From NCBI GenBank assembly GCA_020184695.1, contig JAANOX010000242.1, positions 1 to 64,000 on the forward strand: a DNA stretch of 64,000 bases, written 5' to 3'. Positions 10,815 to 20,568 of the stretch are shown here, in pieces. Origin of the DNA: Histomonas meleagridis 2922-C6/04-290x (taxonomy: Eukaryota > Protista > Parabasalia). The position numbers and the translations under genes were made by a program. The notes below the pieces were generated by a model. The model was not told the origin of the DNA and did no database searches. It saw nothing but the letters and a program-made list of their open reading frames with translations. Numbering within the stretch: the stretch's first letter is position 1; each line of letters begins with the position of its first letter.

Positions 10815-12329
10815 TCAGTTAATACCATAAAAATCAGAATGTTCGAACTCGATATTTTTGTATGCGTCTTTGCTTATATTTCCGTAGCACGTCGGCACGT
10901 ACCCGCCGACCTTCATGAAATAGTTATATATATTATTAAACAAGTTTCCGTCTCTGTTTTCTGCAAGTCGATTCAGCTTCAAGTCGAACGCCTGCTTGTT
11001 CAAATCGTTTTGGTACGACTTGTGCTTGAACTTCTTTGCCTTTTTCGTCGAGTTACACACCAAAGACGACGACAGGCTGAGTGTTATATCTTCGCCCTGC
11101 GCCAATGTGTAAGGTCTCAGTCGTGCAGTTAACTTCGCGTGGAACGGCCTGTACATTAATGGTACCGAAACGTGGTCAATGCCGCAGACTCGATTCGTTT
11201 TGTTGTATATAAACCCGCCCATACCAATTAACGCGTCGATGTCTTTGATCTCGTTCATCATGTTTAAGTGCGTGTTGATGTCTATGGGGGATTGGTCATC
11301 ATCCCACCGCATGACAAAGTCGACAGGGAAAAACCCGGAGATATAAACAGGAAACAAAAACAACGGACTCCAATTGTAACCCCAAATATGGTAAATTGGC
11401 CGAGTTGATTTCGATCGTATTTTGTCAATGTTTAATGTAATCCGATTTTCACATTGAAGGATACAATAGAATTCGGGTAATAACGTTTGCTTTTCATAAT
11501 CAGTGATGAACTTGTAGATATGTTTACGCTTAAATTGTGGTAATAATAACCCTATCGTTGGCGAGAGGACGTTAACAGTTGGGCACTTTTGTGGTTGCGG
11601 AACTTGGAGGGGTTTGGCATCCAAATAATCATAGTTTGCATCGGGTTTAATGCCTTCAAAGAGATAGTAAAAGCTTCGGATTTTAGGGTTTCGGGATTTG
11701 AGTAACGATAGAGATAAAAGTGGTGGGATGGAATCAAATGTGGAATTGGTGTAATAAAGAAGTTCTCGGACAAGAGTAGAACGGATTATTGCAAAGCCTA
11801 TTCCAACATCAACATTATGATATGAGGATTTGCCACCAAATAGAATGTCGAAATCATTATCACATAAGTGTGAGGTGGCTTCTTCAAGCCATTCGGTGGT
11901 GGGCATGTAGTTGAATTGTGATGTATTGGCGTAAAAAATATAATCGGGCATGGTGAGCGTGTATAATGACGCAATTAATGGGATATAACCAGAATCTGGA
12001 AAATCAGAATAAATGACATTTTGAGTGAATTTTTCTTTTGATATTGAAGAATTATGAATTGCTAAAAAATTACTTTGGATATCACACATATTTTGATCAA
12101 AATCTTCATAGCTATTAACATTAATTGGAGAAGTCATGTCAACAGATATAGACATTGAACATGTTGGATTCTTTTCTTTGCAATATGCTATTTTTTGCCT
12201 AACCCGTGAAACAAATGGTGACACTGTTGGTGGATGTAACTTAATAAATGCTAAAGGATATAAGACAATGAAAAACAAATAGAATTTTGGACGCCTGTGA
12301 TTAATCACCTTGCTGGTATTCGAGAACGT
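10815..12329 (-). CDS. Type II membrane glycosyltransferase-like protein (GT-A fold), start probably ACG 12329
   Basis: Basic N-tail plus signal anchor (RRPKFYLFFIVLYPLAFI), luminal DxD-like FVMRWDDD followed by GMGG. No ATG precedes the anchor (see findings). Confidence 0.55.
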   Translation of the reverse strand, partial: TFSNTSKVINHRRPKFYLFFIVLYPLAFIKLHPPTVSPFVSRVRQKIAYCKEKNPTCSMSISVDMTSPINVNSYEDFDQNMCDIQSNFLAIHNSSISKEKFTQNVIYSDFPDSGYIPLIASLYTLTMPDYIFYANTSQFNYMPTTEWLEEATSHLCDNDFDILFGGKSSYHNVDVGIGFAIIRSTLVRELLYYTNSTFDSIPPLLSLSLLKSRNPKIRSFYYLFEGIKPDANYDYLDAKPLQVPQPQKCPTVNVLSPTIGLLLPQFKRKHIYKFITDYEKQTLLPEFYCILQCENRITLNIDKIRSKSTRPIYHIWGYNWSPLFLFPVYISGFFPVDFVMRWDDDQSPIDINTHLNMMNEIKDIDALIGMGGFIYNKTNRVCGIDHVSVPLMYRPFHAKLTARLRPYTLAQGEDITLSLSSSLVCNSTKKAKKFKHKSYQNDLNKQAFDLKLNRLAENRDGNLFNNIYNYFMKVGGYVPTCYGNISKDAYKNIEFEHSDFYGIN

Positions 12330-12995
12330 TTATTTCACTCAAAAAAAGTAAACAGTGATTGTCAAATTTAGTGTTGTGAGTGGTATTGTCGATGTATCAT
12401 ATGAATGTGACTAGTCGCAATATGTAATGTGTATGTTATTGTTTCCAATGCCGTTTTGTTCAAAATATCTGTGGACGATAATTTTTTTCGGTGGAAAACA
12501 GTTTCCCGATCATTCAATTTGTCTTTGTTATGAACCATTAGCTTAGAAAAATCTGACTAAAAATATTGAATATTTTTTAAAATAACATTATTAATGGTAA
12601 TTATAACATTAATTGATCAAATATTATAAAAAATTGGATAAACAATGAAATTTTATCTAATGTAGGAAATTCCAACTTCTCCATTATTGGCAATTAAATT
12701 CAAATAATAAAAACATATGTTGGAATTCCATGAAATTGTGTATCTTCTAAATTTCATCACATTTTTCAAACTCTGCATAAAACCAATTATACAAATAATC
12801 GAACAGCTAAATGTGAATGAGAAGTTAAATCACGGAATATCAATTCGGCTTTCAATATAGTTGGTGAAATGTTACGAATTAAATCAAGAATTTTATATTA
12901 TTGTAAATTAATTTTACACTTTCCCCTGGCACTTTTGTCACGCGTTTAGGCCACCCCGTATATTTTAAACAAGGAATTCTTCTTCCTATTTCCCT

Positions 12996-15545
12996 ATGGA
13001 AGAGTTTCTTGGCTGCCTTGCTCAAGCACAAAATTCAAACCAAGAAACTCAAACCCAAATCTTCCATTATATTTCAGAGAAAATGCAAACTCCTGATTTT
13101 GGACCTCTTTTATTTGAGGCTTTATCACTATCAACTCTTTCAGATCAATTTCTTATCATATGTTGTGGTTTTTTAAAAGAATGGGCAATGCAAAATTGGA
13201 ACAAATTTTCCATTCAAGAAAAAACGTTTTTTTTCCAACAATTAAAAACTTTTATTCTTAAAGATCATCGATCTTCTATAGACATTTCAAACATATTCGT
13301 CACCGTAGCTTTCAGAGAAAGTGATGATGCTTTCATATTTGAACCAATTATTTTTGAATTTTTCAAATATGTTCAGAATACCAACTCAATATGTACTTTA
13401 TATTCCATGATGAATATTATTAAATTTTTAGCAAAGCGTTATAGGTTTAAAAAAGATGTTGAAACATTAGAAGTTTCATTACTTTTCAGGAAAATTGTTG
13501 ATATTACATTTCCATTTTTCAATGACTCAGCTCTGCTAACAACCAATGAAGGGTGCTCAGTAATCAAAATGGCTCTCTCTTCTTTTACCAATATTTTTTT
13601 CAGATACAAACCATCATTTGATATTGCAATTACACCATTATCCTTTGTGCAAAATGTTCTTGTTTCTTATATGAATCAACAAATTCCAATTTCTGATATT
13701 TGTTTTCTTGGTTATTGTTGTAATTTCTTCAAAAAATTCATCCAAAAGAAGGAATGTTTAATTTTATTATCAGGACAAATTCCGATTATCTTTCAAACAC
13801 TTTTACGTCTTCTCTCCATCATCATTACTCATTTCCCAGAAGATTCATATGTCATCAGTTCCATTCTTGCCACTTTTTTACTTATAGAGAAGCACGTTAA
13901 CGTTGATTTGAATATATTTCAGTTAATTTTATCAGCGTCAAAGTTAACTCAAACAGACCTAGCCAATTTTTCAGAGAATCCGTTACTTTATTACATAGAA
14001 ATTTATTCGAAAGAATTTTATTGTAACTCATATCCTCGACTCCAATCACGTTCACTCATTTCCAAATTCATCGAGAGGTCACGTGACTTCGCACTTTACA
14101 TGTTAACATTACCACCAGAAGAACATATCTTACGATGCATCTCATTTTCAATTCGATCATATGTCGAATATGAACTTATTCCACAATTACTTGAATATGT
14201 TGAACGCTCATTACCATTAAACTCAACTCCTGATTTGGTTGTAGTTAAACTTGACATTTTACGAAGTTGTGTTGAATATTATGACAATGAAAAACGAATT
14301 TCGATATTAACATTTGCACAAAACTTTTTAGTGACGAATTCGATAGTTATCACATTATTTGCGACACGACTAATCAAACGATTATTACATTATAATGTTA
14401 TACCGAATGTTAATATTATTCCGATTTTAATTACCTTATTAAATGAATGTCCAACAGAACATGTTTCAAAGACATTAAGTTTAATGTTAAAAATATATCC
14501 GAATATTGTTATCCCTGAGATTAATATTGTTTTGGATAATTTGATTATGAAAGTTATAAATGATATTAAATATTTAAGTTGTGATGATGATTTGGATACT
14601 TCTCAACAAAAACAAAACGCAATTGAACAAAATCTTCAATTAATATCTCAAATAATTGATAACGCTCCAACTCTTATAGTGAATAATCATTTGTTATTGG
14701 AATTAATACAATACTTTTATAATCAGGATGACATCGAAATACTTCAATGTATAATCCCATTGTCCATTTCTTTCATTAAAAGTGGAAATTTCCAATTAAT
14801 TAATGAGTTTTTTAAAATATATTTAAAGGCACTCCAAAAAAATAAAAATTTGTTTTCCGAAAATTTCGATAAAATTAGTAGGCCAATCTTTGTATTTGTC
14901 TCTTTGTTCCCAATCGATTTTTTAAAATTTGGAATTTCAAATATAATTTTTCAATACGCCATCGAACTTTTCATTGACCCAAAATATTCCGATAATTTGT
15001 TTAATGTCTCGGACTTGATATTGTGGTTGCTGCTAATCGATAAAAACTTAAATTTGGATTTGATTTTAAATGTTTCTTTTACAATTTTAAACTTGGAGGA
15101 AAGTGAACTCCCTTTGAAATTGTGTACTTTACAATTTATTGCGGCAATTTATTTGAATGATTTACTACAAATTGATTTCAATCTGATTCAAATGATGATA
15201 AATTTAAATAATTACTTCTTTCGAATGTCACAAAAACATTTGTTCGCTTTTCTGTTCTTAAAATTGGCTATAAATGTTCCGCAGTCTGCTGATATGTTTG
15301 TTGCATTAGCACTAAAACTAATTAGCGAAGAAAAAATTTTGTCGCAAATGAATTTCGTTCAAAGGCAAAAACGGTTTGATGAAATGGGGTACCCCGTGGA
15401 GCTATCGGCTCTATCGTTTGAGATGGAATGGAAATCACCAATAGAACAAAAAAATTATGATGAAATATTACAAAATGCTTTGAAATGTTGTAGTAATGAA
15501 GCTATAATGAAATTTAAGGAGGAATATAAAATTTTGTTTAATTAA
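12996..15545 (+). CDS. Importin-beta family HEAT-repeat protein (importin-7/8-like)
   Basis: 849 aa, all-helical. The N-terminus (LAQAQNSNQETQ...CGFLKEWAMQNW) resembles the importin-beta N-terminal domain. Confidence 0.6.
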   Translation: MEEFLGCLAQAQNSNQETQTQIFHYISEKMQTPDFGPLLFEALSLSTLSDQFLIICCGFLKEWAMQNWNKFSIQEKTFFFQQLKTFILKDHRSSIDISNIFVTVAFRESDDAFIFEPIIFEFFKYVQNTNSICTLYSMMNIIKFLAKRYRFKKDVETLEVSLLFRKIVDITFPFFNDSALLTTNEGCSVIKMALSSFTNIFFRYKPSFDIAITPLSFVQNVLVSYMNQQIPISDICFLGYCCNFFKKFIQKKECLILLSGQIPIIFQTLLRLLSIIITHFPEDSYVISSILATFLLIEKHVNVDLNIFQLILSASKLTQTDLANFSENPLLYYIEIYSKEFYCNSYPRLQSRSLISKFIERSRDFALYMLTLPPEEHILRCISFSIRSYVEYELIPQLLEYVERSLPLNSTPDLVVVKLDILRSCVEYYDNEKRISILTFAQNFLVTNSIVITLFATRLIKRLLHYNVIPNVNIIPILITLLNECPTEHVSKTLSLMLKIYPNIVIPEINIVLDNLIMKVINDIKYLSCDDDLDTSQQKQNAIEQNLQLISQIIDNAPTLIVNNHLLLELIQYFYNQDDIEILQCIIPLSISFIKSGNFQLINEFFKIYLKALQKNKNLFSENFDKISRPIFVFVSLFPIDFLKFGISNIIFQYAIELFIDPKYSDNLFNVSDLILWLLLIDKNLNLDLILNVSFTILNLEESELPLKLCTLQFIAAIYLNDLLQIDFNLIQMMINLNNYFFRMSQKHLFAFLFLKLAINVPQSADMFVALALKLISEEKILSQMNFVQRQKRFDEMGYPVELSALSFEMEWKSPIEQKNYDEILQNALKCCSNEAIMKFKEEYKILFN

Positions 15546-15990
15546 TAAATAATATTGTTTGAATTGTTATCTTTTTAAGAAGGAGTTTGAAGTTGTGGAA
15601 ATAATTATATTTAAGATATAGTATTCAAGATAAGAATTTAGTTGATCAACTTCTTTTTGCCTTGTAAATGAAGGTTTTAACATTCTGCTTGTATAATTGT
15701 TAATGTTGGATTTTAAGTTCATGAATCATATGATGGTATACTGTAGACTTGGATTGAGTGCATTAAAGAAGCATTCGTTATGAATTTATGCATTCGTTTG
15801 CTTCAACAAGAAAAACCATTATTATGTATTTATGTAATTCAAATAATAAAAATGATTTTATTCTAATCAATAAGTACATTCAATGTTTCATCAAGTTGAG
15901 ATAAGAATGTGCTTTCAAACCAAAAATAATAAGTACTTATAATTTTTAATGAGAAAATTCATAATTTCACAAATGTATATATACTGGGAG

Positions 15991-16602
15991 TTAATTACGT
16001 GAGTCCAATAACTCCCATCTTCTCAAACTCATTAACTTGATGCCTTTAATAAGGAAAAATGACTCAACAACCAAGAAGACAGTAAGACCGAATGCAACTA
16101 AAGTGATAGCAATATTTCTGCCAATGCAATCATTGTATATATTAATCAAAGCATCTTTGCAAGACAATTGAAATTGGCATGTGGGTGTAAGTGGTTCCGA
16201 AATATTGTCCCATCCGCAACAGTCATGAAGATTTCCAAAATTAATTCCAATTCTCACATCTTCTCCTAAAAATACATCTTGGAAGCTATCAATTACGGAC
16301 GGCTTCATGGCAAAAATGGAAAAGATCAAGAAGAGACAAAAACAGCCAATTAAGATATTCGAAATAAGAGTCCCATAGGCAAAGTAAATTGATTCTCGAA
16401 ATATACCTATTAATGAAAACAATCCAATGATTAAAACTGGGAGTCCTGAGTATTGAAGAAATTTCTCTAAAGATAAAGATGCTCCATTAATACAATTTTT
16501 AGAAAGTGTATTGAAATTTAAATAAGAAAATAATATAACAAGTGCAACCGTGCAAACGAGGGCAAAGCACATTGCAATGCGATGGAATTTTAAGCGGGTC
16601 AT
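15991..16602 (-). CDS. Tetraspanin
   Basis: Four hydrophobic segments with the CCG motif (HDCCGWDN) and further Cys in the large loop. ATG 16602 is the likely start. Confidence 0.88.
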   Translation of the reverse strand: MTRLKFHRIAMCFALVCTVALVILFSYLNFNTLSKNCINGASLSLEKFLQYSGLPVLIIGLFSLIGIFRESIYFAYGTLISNILIGCFCLFLIFSIFAMKPSVIDSFQDVFLGEDVRIGINFGNLHDCCGWDNISEPLTPTCQFQLSCKDALINIYNDCIGRNIAITLVAFGLTVFLVVESFFLIKGIKLMSLRRWELLDSRN

Positions 16603-17016
16603 GAATTGTTTTTGTTGACAATTTCTTGTCAATCGTTTTTTGCTACAGACAAACCTTGTCAATTTTAATATCAAAAAAAGATTTTAGATGTCATTTTGCT
16701 GTAATTAAATTTGTTAGATAAAAAATAGATGGAGCAAAACGTCAGATTTTGATGAAAAAATATTACACAATCATATGCTGAAAAAGAAAGAGAATAAAAG
16801 ATTTGTGAATAATAAATAAATCATTATAAAAGATTTAAATTCACATATCTGTTGAAAAAATAATAGTAAAATAATATTGGACGTAAAAAAAAAGAATGTA
16901 CATTTTAGCATTAGGATATTTTTAATAAACTGGATGCAGATTTCCAACGATAGATCAAATGTTCAAGTGCAAATTGTTGGAATGTTTTAAATTCAGATAT
17001 CGTTACCTCAAAGAAC

Positions 17017-17250
17017 TCACTCGTCCTGAATGGTGATATCTGTATCTTCCAATGAGTCGAAATGGCTGTTTATGTCACTTCCTTGGAGTCTGGTCCATAT
17101 TGAAGGTGCTTCAGATTCAATCAATGCAAAAATATTTTGTTCAATTAATTCTGTAACAATTGAAGAATTGGATAATCCATCGCCTTTAAGAGTATGATTA
17201 CCATACTTAGATTTTATTCTATGGTGTTCAGTATAAAATTTGATTTTCAT
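17017..17250 (-). CDS. Small hypothetical ORF (77 aa)
   Basis: ATG-started ORF in a locally GC-richer patch. No recognisable domain. Confidence 0.25.
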   Translation of the reverse strand: MKIKFYTEHHRIKSKYGNHTLKGDGLSNSSIVTELIEQNIFALIESEAPSIWTRLQGSDINSHFDSLEDTDITIQDE

Positions 17251-17591
17251 TAACTGTCATTACAATTAGGTAGGTACATAATGCAGTCTGTAAGGCTGCT
17301 TATGTGCTTGTTTTTATATAAATAATACACCTTTATACTAAAGGTTATATTTTATTTTTCCCCATATATTAATGGGTATAATTTTTAAATTATTTTAGTT
17401 ATTTTTCCCATACATTAATGGGTATGATTTTTACTGAGTTTCCCGGTACTTATTATATACACCTATACAAATTAATGTTAAATCAAATAGGAAAACACTG
17501 ATACAACAACAACAATTTATACAAGTGAAATACCAATTTTAATTAACAAATATTTATTCGTTCACTAACTGTTTCGCTTACAAAATACATT

Positions 17592-18506
17592 TTATTGTTC
17601 ATATGACTCTGGCCCAGAGTTAATCTTTTGTATCTTAGCGTAGAATGGGTCATCAGCGAACTTCAAATCGTGCTGATACAATGTGAACACGCCCGCAATC
17701 GACATCAGCGCTGTTGCATAGTCGAAAATAATGAAGAACATGAACGAATACGCCCTTACACCAGCAGATGGCGTCTTTCCAGGCTTTTGAAGCTCAACAT
17801 CGATCCATTCCCCGATCGGATTCGCTTCGAAGAAGTGCAACGCGTTGTATAAACACCTGATGAAATAGATGATGCAAAATGACCAAACGCCAACTTTCGA
17901 CCAACGGATGCAAGTAGCATCTTCTGGCTGTATAACGGGATACGAAATGGCTTTGATGAGTTTAAGTGATGGGAAAAGCACAAAAAGTGAGACAATTAAA
18001 TCTGCACAAGAATGCCAAAGATAAAGAACAGAGCCTGGATCATCTCCATCATCGGTATCAACAACGGAAAGTGCAATGGCAACAACTAGAAAGACAGAAA
18101 TGAATATAATAAAGACAACTCGGAATAATGATATCGATCGAATCTCGGGATTGGTATACATAAATAAAAGTTCACAAACGAGAAGAACTAGGATTGATAC
18201 AGGGATAAGACAGAGGAGATTGTTAATACCAAGATTGAAAAACCTGAGTAACTGTGGTGTATAATTAAAGGGTATGATGAAAATGAGACCACGGTACATC
18301 ATCCAAATAAACATAAAAACCCAGAACCAGATATTGAGATGATAAACCGTAGTTTTGTTGTTAGCTTGCTTCTGACGGATTTGCTTCCATAGAAAGAATA
18401 TGCAAACAAATGAGGTAAGGATAAAAAGGATCCCAAGTATCAGCATTTCAGGTATGTTACAGCCAATTCCTGGCATAGCATATTTGCAAACGAATTCAGA
18501 TACCAT
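17592..18506 (-). CDS. Seven-transmembrane protein (GPR137/THH1-TOM1-like, tentative)
   Basis: About seven hydrophobic helices after the first ATG (18506) and a polar C-tail. The family call is by architecture only. Confidence 0.6.
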   Translation of the reverse strand: MVSEFVCKYAMPGIGCNIPEMLILGILFILTSFVCIFFLWKQIRQKQANNKTTVYHLNIWFWVFMFIWMMYRGLIFIIPFNYTPQLLRFFNLGINNLLCLIPVSILVLLVCELLFMYTNPEIRSISLFRVVFIIFISVFLVVAIALSVVDTDDGDDPGSVLYLWHSCADLIVSLFVLFPSLKLIKAISYPVIQPEDATCIRWSKVGVWSFCIIYFIRCLYNALHFFEANPIGEWIDVELQKPGKTPSAGVRAYSFMFFIIFDYATALMSIAGVFTLYQHDLKFADDPFYAKIQKINSGPESYEQ

Positions 18507-18891
18507 TTTTGGGGAGTCACTTTTATTAACTGAAACAATAAGATAAACGATAAATACAATAGCGCACAAATCTAAAAAGTGACGTACCAAAACTATCGAA
18601 CTTCGTTCTCCTGAGGTAAAGAAACAATATATGATTAAACTGTTTTAAAGTGGCTCTATTTATGGGTTGTCTATCAAAAATTCATTCATGAGATTTTCCA
18701 ATGTTGAATTAATTTCTGATTTTTTGTAAGTTCCTAAATTAATAAATATTATAATTAAAACATTCGTTTGAATAATAGCAAGAATTTATTGGAACTAATG
18801 GAATTGTTCAATTTATCCTTGAAAACTAATATAAATAAAAATCAAAAAAATTTCACATCACATTTCGTTTTTCACATATCATTTCTACCAA

Positions 18892-19686
18892 ATGAGTGAT
18901 GCCAAATCAATCCTTCAGAAACTCCAAGAATTTCTAGTTCAGGATGATCACGATGGTTTCACAAATGCAATTTCTAGCTTTGACAAAATTGATATGGTTG
19001 ATAATGTACAATTTTATTTTTTGATGTTTTTTTCAATTTTTTGGTGTTCTTTACATATTTTTAATTCCACCCTTCACTTGTGTGCTCTACGGTGCAACTA
19101 TAGATTTTTATTAGCTACCTTATCGAAACATCCAGATGTTAATTTACAAAACGTTTATTTATAATTTTTAACGAAGGTTCCACAGCTCTTGAGATTGCTA
19201 TATCTACAGGTTGTATTCATTTAGCAGCTTCTATTCTACAAGCAGGTGCAAACCCAAACATAGCGAACAAAGTTTGTCAATTATTTCCAAAGTTAATTTT
19301 CACTTTTTCAATGTTTGTTTTATGTTTTTTTATATCCACTCGATATAGCTTTGCAAAAGAATGATACGAGATCGTTACAACTTCTTCTAAACTTTGGAGC
19401 AGACCCAAACATTCATCAAACTAAAACACCTATACTTTGTACTGCAATCGAAAATAATTATATCGATGCCATTAAAATTTTAATTCATCACGGTGCAAAT
19501 GTAGACTTCCCTGAAAATCCTCCTGTTGTTTGCGCTGTAAAGAACCAGAATTTACAGGCACTAGAACTTCTACTACGAGCAAATGCAGACTTTAATTTAC
19601 AAATAGAAAATCAGTCCCTGCTGCAGTACGCAACAAAAAAGAAACTGTCAGTGCTTCCTTTCTTACAGAAACTTAACTTGAAGTAA
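18892..19686 (+). CDS. Ankyrin-repeat protein split by three non-canonical inserts (about 19006-19056, 19153-19169, 19272-19323)
   Basis: Ankyrin segments STLHLCAL...HPDVNLQN, NEGSTALEIAISTG...GANPNIANK and YPLDIALQKN...GADPNI lie in three different frames. Removing 51+17+52 nt gives a 225-codon ORF. The 3' boundaries are estimated from the ankyrin loop length. Confidence 0.8.
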
Positions 19687-20047
19687 ACCGATTTGTTAGA
19701 AATTAATTATTTTAAATATGTAGATATGAATAAAACCAAAAGAAGCGAACTTAAAAGAAGTTTTTAGCATGTTTTAAAAGCAAATAAAATAGATTATTAA
19801 ATCCATAATTCGAAATGTAAATTATCATAATTTGTGAACAAGGTAAATGTTTAATTGCATAATGCTCACTGGTTGTTTCTCTAAGTTTTTTATAATAGGT
19901 ATCATGAATTTTTTTTCAAATTTTATTTTTAAATAGATAAAATTTAACTGTCAACCAACTTTAACAATTAGCATAAGTGTTTCCTATAATAGAGACATAA
20001 AATAAAATATTTATATATGATAATGTTATTGCTAAAAAAACGTTTAT

Positions 20048-20410
20048 TTAGAAAAATCTGATTTCTTGGAATTCATGAGGTTCATAGTTGATTGTTGCTG
20101 ACTGTTGAGGTTCGAAAACATCTGCAAAATCAATATCATCAATGTCACCTGTTTGGAGTTCAAGTCCTAGGTTACATCCATTATATGCAGCCTGTGTTGA
20201 TGTAACAATTTTTCGCTCCATTTTCAAATGGTTTGCAAAACCAATGCCAAAGAGAGCAGCTGTTGACTTAAAATCCTGATCTTCTGAATTTGAAGCAATT
20301 TTTTTTAAGTGAACTTCGAGTGGATGCTCGTTAATTTTACCATGGCGAAGGTTTGGAAGTCCTTCGCGCATAACATCAATTGGCATTGGGGGAATCATTT
20401 CTTCATACAT
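20048..20410 (-). CDS. POMP: Proteasome maturation factor Ump1/POMP
   Basis: HPLE motif, FGIGFANHLKMERKIV and LGLELQTGDIDDIDFADVF. Confidence 0.88.
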   Translation of the reverse strand: MYEEMIPPMPIDVMREGLPNLRHGKINEHPLEVHLKKIASNSEDQDFKSTAALFGIGFANHLKMERKIVTSTQAAYNGCNLGLELQTGDIDDIDFADVFEPQQSATINYEPHEFQEIRFF

Positions 20411-20568
20411 TCTTCTCTATTAGGCACTTTTTTATAATTGGTCGATTTAAACTTTATTCAAATCATTAATTGAATATTTTCTATGAGATATATCAAAATA
20501 CGCAAAAAGTTGGAACTACAAAGTCAAAAATTTTGAATGTAAAAAAAAATTTGTCACATCACAAGGAA

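Noticed and set aside
19150-19172. T4 gene 60-style bypass between matching AAC codons
   Set aside because: It would leave the loop one residue short of consensus, and matched codons do not flank the other inserts consistently. Kept only as a general alternative.
19153-19176. Canonical 24-nt GT-AG intron in the small ankyrin gene
   Set aside because: Removing it gives N-V-P-Q... and an early TAG, and loses the in-frame EGSTAL ankyrin motif.
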